From Kiritimatiellia bacterium (GTDB lineage Bacteria > Verrucomicrobiota > Kiritimatiellia > JAAZAB01): a DNA stretch of 64,000 bases. A program made the translations under genes and the position numbers. Each line of letters starts with the position of its first letter. The stretch's first letter is position 1. The notes beneath the pieces were generated by a model. It saw only the letters and a program-made list of their open reading frames with translations, was not told where the DNA came from and did not search any database. Shown piece by piece: positions 58,403 to 64,000 of the stretch. The stretch lies in contig JAXGPF010000016.1 of assembly GCA_040767085.1 (NCBI GenBank), positions 1 to 64,000 of the forward strand, in the 5' to 3' direction.

Positions 58403-60844
58403 TTACTGCACCGGGCGCCAGCCGGGGGCGCCGAACTGCCCTTGCACCCAGCCGCGGCGGGTCAGCAACCCCTGCCACCAACCGGTGGAGTCGTTGTAAG
58501 TAATCAAGTCGGCCAGTCCGTCTCCGTCAAAATCTCCGCGCACCGGCTGGCCGCCAGGCGCCAGCGCCAACTCCGCCGGCTGATAGCCGTATGTGGACAG
58601 GAAGGCGCGCCACAAACCGTAATCCGGCGCGAACACTACCAAGTCGGTTTTCAAATCCCCGTCATAATCGCCCGGGGCCGGCAAGTAAAAATTGCCATTA
58701 AACGAGATGTTGCCCTGCCAGCCGGTGGATGAAAGCCACACGCGCCAGGTCCCGGTCGAGCGCTTATACTCGCTCAAATCGGTCCTGCCATCCCCATCGT
58801 AATCGCCCGGAACCGGAATGCTCCTCTGCAAATCCTCTTCCCCGGGGTTTATCGGCTTGCCCCGCTCCGACCGGGACCGGGCTCCGCTGAGATAGAACGG
58901 CCCCAGGATCGCGGTGTTCGTCCATGTGCGGTAATACCAGGCGCCGGTGGCGATGTGATAGACCGCCAGATCGGCGCGCCCATCGCCGTCGAAATCCCCG
59001 CGCACCGGCTGGTAGCCCGGCAAACCGAACCGAAGGAACTCCGTGGTTTTGGCGCCGGACATCCGGATGCCCCAATAGCCGGATGCTTCCTGGTAAATGG
59101 CCTGGTCGGCGACGCCATCGGCATCGAAATCACCCTCCACCGGCTCGCAGTTGGCATAGCCAAAATAATCCTGAAACCCGCCCCCCGCCATATAGGACAC
59201 AAACCAGTAACCGCTCCCGTAAATCGCCAGGTCGGATTGGCCGTCGCCGTCGTAATCGTTGACCACATGCAGGCGGTGGGCAGCGCCGGTGACGGTTACC
59301 GTCACCGGCGGCGAAACGGCGGTGTGGCCCTTTTCACTCCAAACCTGGCAATGGAGCGTATAATCGCCGCGCCAGACATTGCTCCAGACGGCGGTCAATT
59401 CATCATCGCCGATAACGGTTGCCAGGGGCGTATTGTCGGCATACACCACCAGCTTGGTGACCGACAGGGGCTTGAGCGAATAACCGAATGTCCGGATGGG
59501 GATTGTCGCGGGCGCGCCATAGGTCTGGTTGGAAGCCGGCTGCACCATGTAACAAGCCAGCGCGAGGCCGGACGGTTCGGTTTCGTAACAGCCCAAATCC
59601 ACGATATTGTTGAGGATGCGCGCCTGGCCCAGCAGGTCGCGGGCGCCAACCATCCAGGAGCGGTTGACGCCGGCATTGATGCAGGGCGAGATGCGGTCGA
59701 GCTGCCAGCGCTCCCGTGCGCCGTCCAGGAAGCGCGGATCTTCGTTACAGGTGATGTTTGTGCCGGGCAGCGCCGGGAAATTCGTCGCCTGCGCGACCCA
59801 GACATTTTCGAACCAGTCGTAGCCATACGAATAAATATCATGTCCCCAGGGATCGGCAGACCCCGTGCAGCGGTTACTGTAAATAATCGAATTTTCCACC
59901 CGGCAGGGATATGGCGTATCTACCCAGGTATTCAGGAACAGACCGGCCGCGGGACCAAAGGCCTGGTTGCCGGCAATCGTGCAATTCTGAAACGTCGTCC
60001 CCAGCGCCACCCAAGCGCCGCTGTAGCCGGCATTGGAGATATTGTCCGCAATCAGGGTGTTGCGGACCGTCAGCGCGCTGGCGTAGTTGACATAGAGGCC
60101 GCCGCCGCTGGCATTACCGAGCTGGTGTGAACAATGCACACGGTTATTAACAATCTGGCAATTGGCGATCAAGGCGGAGCCTTGCTCCTGGGTCAGATAA
60201 ATTCCGCCGCCGTGCGCCAGCCCGCTCTCCTCGAAATTTACAACGACATTATTGGAAATCACCGTGTCCTGCAGATGGATGGTTTCATCCTCTCCCGCCG
60301 CGATTTGGAGGCCGCCGCCGCTATAAAGGGCGCGGTTATGCGCCACCATGCAATTCAATACCGCCAGGTTTCGGTAACTGTAAAGGCCGGCGCCGGCCGC
60401 CGCACGGTTGCTGATAATGTGGCAATCGGCCACCAGGCCGCCATCATAAAGCGTCAAACCGCCGCCATGGCCGCCGTTGCCGCCGGCATAGCCGCGCCGG
60501 AAGGTCAGGCCGCGCACCGTGAGATTGGTGGAAGCGGTCAGGCAGGGGACGGCATTGCTGCCGTCAATGACCGTCATGGTCGCCCAAGCCGACCACCCGC
60601 GCAACTCGCCGATGGGATGCTCGACGCGGATGGTGTCGGAGAGCACGTAAACGCCGTTGGATACCAGCACGGTATCGGCGGCGGAAGCCGCATCCACCCC
60701 GGCCTGGATGGTGCGCTTGGCCGCGGCCCAGGAATCGCCGGCCGCGGCATCATTACCTTTGCGACTGACATAAACCGTGGCGGCCGGCACGGCCTCAACC
60801 ATCAGGCAGCCAACCGTCAAGGACAGCCAAAACCAGACACGCAT
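58403..60844 (-). CDS. Secreted beta-helix protein with choice-of-anchor-Q-like, Ig-like and FG-GAP repeat domains
   Basis: YVS..G.D...G.SW..A..TIQ, GGG strands, SPCINAG...DLGCYE, an Ig-like module and six GDxDGDG-like repeats. Confidence 0.8.
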   Translation of the reverse strand: MRVWFWLSLTVGCLMVEAVPAATVYVSRKGNDAAAGDSWAAAKRTIQAGVDAASAADTVLVSNGVYVLSDTIRVEHPIGELRGWSAWATMTVIDGSNAVPCLTASTNLTVRGLTFRRGYAGGNGGHGGGLTLYDGGLVADCHIISNRAAAGAGLYSYRNLAVLNCMVAHNRALYSGGGLQIAAGEDETIHLQDTVISNNVVVNFEESGLAHGGGIYLTQEQGSALIANCQIVNNRVHCSHQLGNASGGGLYVNYASALTVRNTLIADNISNAGYSGAWVALGTTFQNCTIAGNQAFGPAAGLFLNTWVDTPYPCRVENSIIYSNRCTGSADPWGHDIYSYGYDWFENVWVAQATNFPALPGTNITCNEDPRFLDGARERWQLDRISPCINAGVNRSWMVGARDLLGQARILNNIVDLGCYETEPSGLALACYMVQPASNQTYGAPATIPIRTFGYSLKPLSVTKLVVYADNTPLATVIGDDELTAVWSNVWRGDYTLHCQVWSEKGHTAVSPPVTVTVTGAAHRLHVVNDYDGDGQSDLAIYGSGYWFVSYMAGGGFQDYFGYANCEPVEGDFDADGVADQAIYQEASGYWGIRMSGAKTTEFLRFGLPGYQPVRGDFDGDGRADLAVYHIATGAWYYRTWTNTAILGPFYLSGARSRSERGKPINPGEEDLQRSIPVPGDYDGDGRTDLSEYKRSTGTWRVWLSSTGWQGNISFNGNFYLPAPGDYDGDLKTDLVVFAPDYGLWRAFLSTYGYQPAELALAPGGQPVRGDFDGDGLADLITYNDSTGWWQGLLTRRGWVQGQFGAPGWRPVQ

Positions 60845-60968
60845 ATCCCCTCCTTTTCAGCCGCATTGCGGACATTGTCCGAAATCCAACCCAAAAAGAA
60901 GCAGCACGGCAATCCCGCACGCGCGCCCGGCACGCCCAACCGCCCGGGTAAAGCAACCGCCGCCCCGA

Positions 60969-61424
60969 TTACTTGATGGCGGCGGAAATGAAGACCATGA
61001 CGAACAGCGCCACGGTTTCGATCACGCCCAGCACCATCAAGTAATTGCCAAAGCCCTTGCCGGTTTCCGCCATGGCGTCGGAGGCGCCGGCGCCGGCCAC
61101 GCCTTGGAACCAGGCGGAGAAGCCCATGGCGATGCCGCCAAAAACGCCGGCGCCGACCATGCCCGGCCAATTAGCGGCTTTGTCGGCCAGCGCGCCGATG
61201 ATGTTGTTCATCAGGATCATGCCGTAAATGGTCTGCGAAAGCGGCGCCCCGACGAATGTAATCAGGATGAACGGCGCCGCTTTGCCCTGGGCGAAACATT
61301 TTTTCCACGCACCCACCGCCGCCGTCCCGGCCGCGCCGATCCCCAGGGCCGAGCCCATCGCCGCAAACGCCAGGGCCGAAGCCGCGCCGAATTTTCCCCA
61401 CCCCGCCATCATTTCCGCTGTCAT
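60969..61424 (-). CDS. atpK: V/A-type ATP synthase proteolipid subunit K
   Basis: Four TM helices; GSA.G, PLSQ.IYG and IETVA motifs. Confidence 0.92.
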   Translation of the reverse strand: MTAEMMAGWGKFGAASALAFAAMGSALGIGAAGTAAVGAWKKCFAQGKAAPFILITFVGAPLSQTIYGMILMNNIIGALADKAANWPGMVGAGVFGGIAMGFSAWFQGVAGAGASDAMAETGKGFGNYLMVLGVIETVALFVMVFISAAIK

Positions 61425-61522
61425 CGTGCCGTCTCCTTCTGGTTATGCCTGCTGTTAAACCTGCCGCCAAAAATCCGCGGACGCAATACCACTCAAAATA
61501 TCGCACCCGCCGCCGGCCCGGC

Positions 61523-63325
61523 TCAGGGCTTCGGCGCGGCCGCATCTGTTGACGGCGGCGCCGACTGCCGCGCAAAGGGCCGGTAGGGCGCGCCGCTCCA
61601 CTGCATGCCAATATGCGATGAAAATTCCAGGGTATTGAGGCGCACCCCGTGCACCATAACGCCCATCGCGGCCAGCGCGATGTTCACGAGATGCCCCAGG
61701 AACAGGATGAGCGCTCCCGCCAGGCCGGCCAGCGGCTGCGGTAATCCCAGGTTAAGCGCCATCGTATTGAAGGAAGATGCGACGGAGAGCGACGCCGCTC
61801 CGACGGCAAACAAGCGGAGGTAGGAAACCACGTCCACGAAGTTGCTTACCAGGCTCAAGGGCAGCATGACGTGGTTGAACCATTCGGTTTTGATCAGTCT
61901 GAAAGGCGTCATGAACAGCACAATCAAAACCACGCCCAGGGTCAGCACGCCGAACATTAACGGCGGGAAGGGCTGGCTGAGGACCATGGTGCGCGCGGCG
62001 AAAAACATCGTCCAGGTGGTGCAAATCCACCCAACCTGAGCCAGCGCCAGCAGCGAATTCCACATCCGCGCCATGTTCCAGAGATGCGCTACCGTCAAAT
62101 GGACGGCGCCGATGACAAAGCACAGCAACATGACATTCGCGTCCGTCTTCAGCCAGGGGACCGCCAGCCAGGACATGGCGGCCGGCTGCATGCCGAAGTA
62201 AACCCCGGTCAGCGCGCCCCAAGCCACCGTGCAAACGCTCATGATCTGAAGCAGGCGCAGGTAATGCACTGGCAGCGACGGAAATTTGCGCCGGGCCAGC
62301 CAGGCCAGGACGAGAAACATCAGGCCGTAACCGGCGTCGCCCACCAGCATGGCGAAAAAAAGGCTCAGGAACAACAGGAACGAAACGCTGATGTCAACTT
62401 CCTTGTAACCCGGGAGAATGCCGATCATGTCGAACACCGCCCGGATCGGCTTGACCCAGCGCGGGTTGCGCACCAGGGTGGGCACGGCGTCGTCCGCCGC
62501 CGGTTCCGCCAGCATGAGTCCCCAGCCGTGTTGCCTGGCAGCGGCGCGCAAGGCGGGGGCGGCTTCCGTCGGAGCATACCCGCTTAAATAGAGCACTCTG
62601 CCCTGGGCGCCCATGCCGGCGCGCGCTTCCAGCCAGACCACTTCGTCTGCCAAAACGGCGGCATGCGCTTCAATCACCGGGCGCTCGCGGGCGGCCGCGG
62701 CGATGCGGTTCTCCACCTCCTGCAAGCCGGCTTCCGCCTGCCTCAACTGCCGGCGCAGCTCCGCGAGCGAAACTTCCGGCAGGCGCACGGCCTGCGCTTC
62801 CACCGCCACCGGCGCCCGGGCAATCACGGCGAAATAGACCCCGGTTTTATCGCGGTGCAAGACCCGCACCAGCGCGCCATCCGGCGCGGGCAGCGGCTGA
62901 GCCGGGCCGATTTGATAAAGGCTGACCTGCACGCCGCTCCGGGCCAAAGCGGCGATGGACTGGGGATCGAACACGCCGAATGGCGCCAGGCGGCGGCATT
63001 CATGGCGCAAGTCTTCAATGCGATCGCCGAGTTCCTTGCGCTGTTTGACCAACTCCCAGATTTCCTCCAGCGCCTGCGCCGCGGGGCGCAAAGCCGGCTC
63101 CTGGCCGGGCGCCGCGGGCATAAGGGCGGGCTGGGCCCGGGCCGGCAAAACATCCAGAATGCGCCGCACATGATTCAAGCGCTCGCGGGCCTGTTCCAAA
63201 TCCGCGCCCGCCGGCGGGCGGATATGCGTCAGATGCAAAACACCCAGGTCGCGCAACTCGCGCAAGGCCGCCTCGCGGTCGGCATCCAGGCACAAGATGC
63301 TGACTTTGTTCATTTTGACGATCAT
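61523..63325 (-). CDS. atpI: V/A-type ATP synthase subunit I
   Basis: MIVKM.K, LG.LH, PGY.E.D, GDAGYG, DVVSYLRLFA and HGVRLNTLEF motifs. Confidence 0.95.
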   Translation of the reverse strand: MIVKMNKVSILCLDADREAALRELRDLGVLHLTHIRPPAGADLEQARERLNHVRRILDVLPARAQPALMPAAPGQEPALRPAAQALEEIWELVKQRKELGDRIEDLRHECRRLAPFGVFDPQSIAALARSGVQVSLYQIGPAQPLPAPDGALVRVLHRDKTGVYFAVIARAPVAVEAQAVRLPEVSLAELRRQLRQAEAGLQEVENRIAAAARERPVIEAHAAVLADEVVWLEARAGMGAQGRVLYLSGYAPTEAAPALRAAARQHGWGLMLAEPAADDAVPTLVRNPRWVKPIRAVFDMIGILPGYKEVDISVSFLLFLSLFFAMLVGDAGYGLMFLVLAWLARRKFPSLPVHYLRLLQIMSVCTVAWGALTGVYFGMQPAAMSWLAVPWLKTDANVMLLCFVIGAVHLTVAHLWNMARMWNSLLALAQVGWICTTWTMFFAARTMVLSQPFPPLMFGVLTLGVVLIVLFMTPFRLIKTEWFNHVMLPLSLVSNFVDVVSYLRLFAVGAASLSVASSFNTMALNLGLPQPLAGLAGALILFLGHLVNIALAAMGVMVHGVRLNTLEFSSHIGMQWSGAPYRPFARQSAPPSTDAAAPKP

Positions 63326-63926
63326 GCCGAGCGCACCTTTTCCACCGATTTGTTCTTGGCGATCTTCGAACGGGCCACCGCCGCCGTCTGCTGGTCGCCG
63401 AGGAAAATCCGGATTACCCGGATATTGTTCCGGGCTTCCGGGATTTTGACTTTTTCAAACAAATTCACCCGCTGGCTGGTAACCCGCAATTCATCGGCAA
63501 GCAATCGCATCTGTTCTTCCAGCACCCGGCGTTCCTCGCGCAGGCGCAGCATCCGCTCCAGGGCATCCAGCGCATCGTCCACCCACGCCGGCGTATCCAG
63601 CAAATCCGGCAACGCGCGCCGGAACACCACCTCTTGCAAAACCGGGATGTTGACCCCGGCGATATTGCCGGACGCGCGGCGCACTTCCGCACTTGCAAAT
63701 GCGCGGCGAAATCGAAGGGCTCGGCGAACAATTTGATCCAGGCGCGCAGGGCTTCCTCAAGCCGCCGGGCCGCCGCGTCCTTCTCCGCCAGGCGGGCTTC
63801 CAATTGGCGCACCTCGACCTGCAACTGCTGCTTCTTCAGCAGCAGAGTCGGCAGGTAGCGCTCGAACCGGATCAAGCCGTCGCGCTGGGCCTTGAGTTCG
63901 TTTTTGGTGTATTTAAGCTTGGGCAT
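63322..63926 (-). pseudogene. atpD: V/A-type ATP synthase subunit D, split by a one-base frameshift near 63685-63690 (real or sequencing error)
   Basis: N-half (TKNELK..RYLPTL.LKK..L) and C-half (NIAGV.IP, RVNLFEKVKIP) lie in different frames; the 605-nt span is one base short of 202 codons. Confidence 0.85.
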
Positions 63927-64000
63927 ATTGCAGGTGGCAAACGTTGACGGCCGGTCATCCCGCGGCCGCTGCGTCCGGCGCCGCCGCGCCGTCGCCGGCT

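Noticed and set aside
63955-64000. 3' end of the upstream V-ATPase subunit (probably B)
   Set aside because: Only an Ala/Gly-rich tail and a TGA are visible; expected from gene order but not identifiable from sequence.

Overview
GC-rich bacterial chromosomal segment. The gene repertoire (URO-D-like/AraC pair, secreted beta-helix and FG-GAP proteins, V-type ATPase, ThyX, HacA-type LeuCD) suggests a PVC-superphylum organism such as Kiritimatiellota or Lentisphaerota; this is inference, not a database result. Most of the window is housekeeping or envelope function: tyrA-aroA-cmk-plsC, thyX, thiD, argC, ligA, ppx, glgP, leuCD, parA, rpsU, tRNA-Arg(UCU) and V-ATPase D/I/K. It also holds a scattered nucleotide-sugar set (hddA, hddC, gmd, rmd-like, fcl, galE, two SDR epimerases, GT2, GT4, a YfhO-like GT-C, a flippase-like protein), a GH2/esterase/beta-helix cluster and a Feo iron-uptake operon. 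Accessory DNA comprises an IS3 remnant, an AbiEi/AbiEii type IV toxin-antitoxin pair and a solitary AAA-DUF4143 gene. The most unusual signal is non-coding. Several intergenic spaces (about 12.0-12.4, 13.6-14.0, 17.7-18.05, 19.0, 24.1-24.7 and 44.4-44.9 kb) are mosaics of nested palindromes and short-period repeats. They include a 383-bp MITE with perfect 21-bp terminal inverted repeats and a 9-bp target duplication beside a -35 box, an empty/filled pair of one element, and a repeat that supplies a gene's stop codon. Also notable are an unannotated 8-Cys miniprotein and an apparently HTH-less DtxR-FeoA fusion in the feo operon, a secreted ~600-residue coiled coil with a 177-aa duplication, several probable leaderless genes, and a one-base frameshift in V-ATPase subunit D. 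No CRISPR array, rRNA or intact transposase/integrase was seen.
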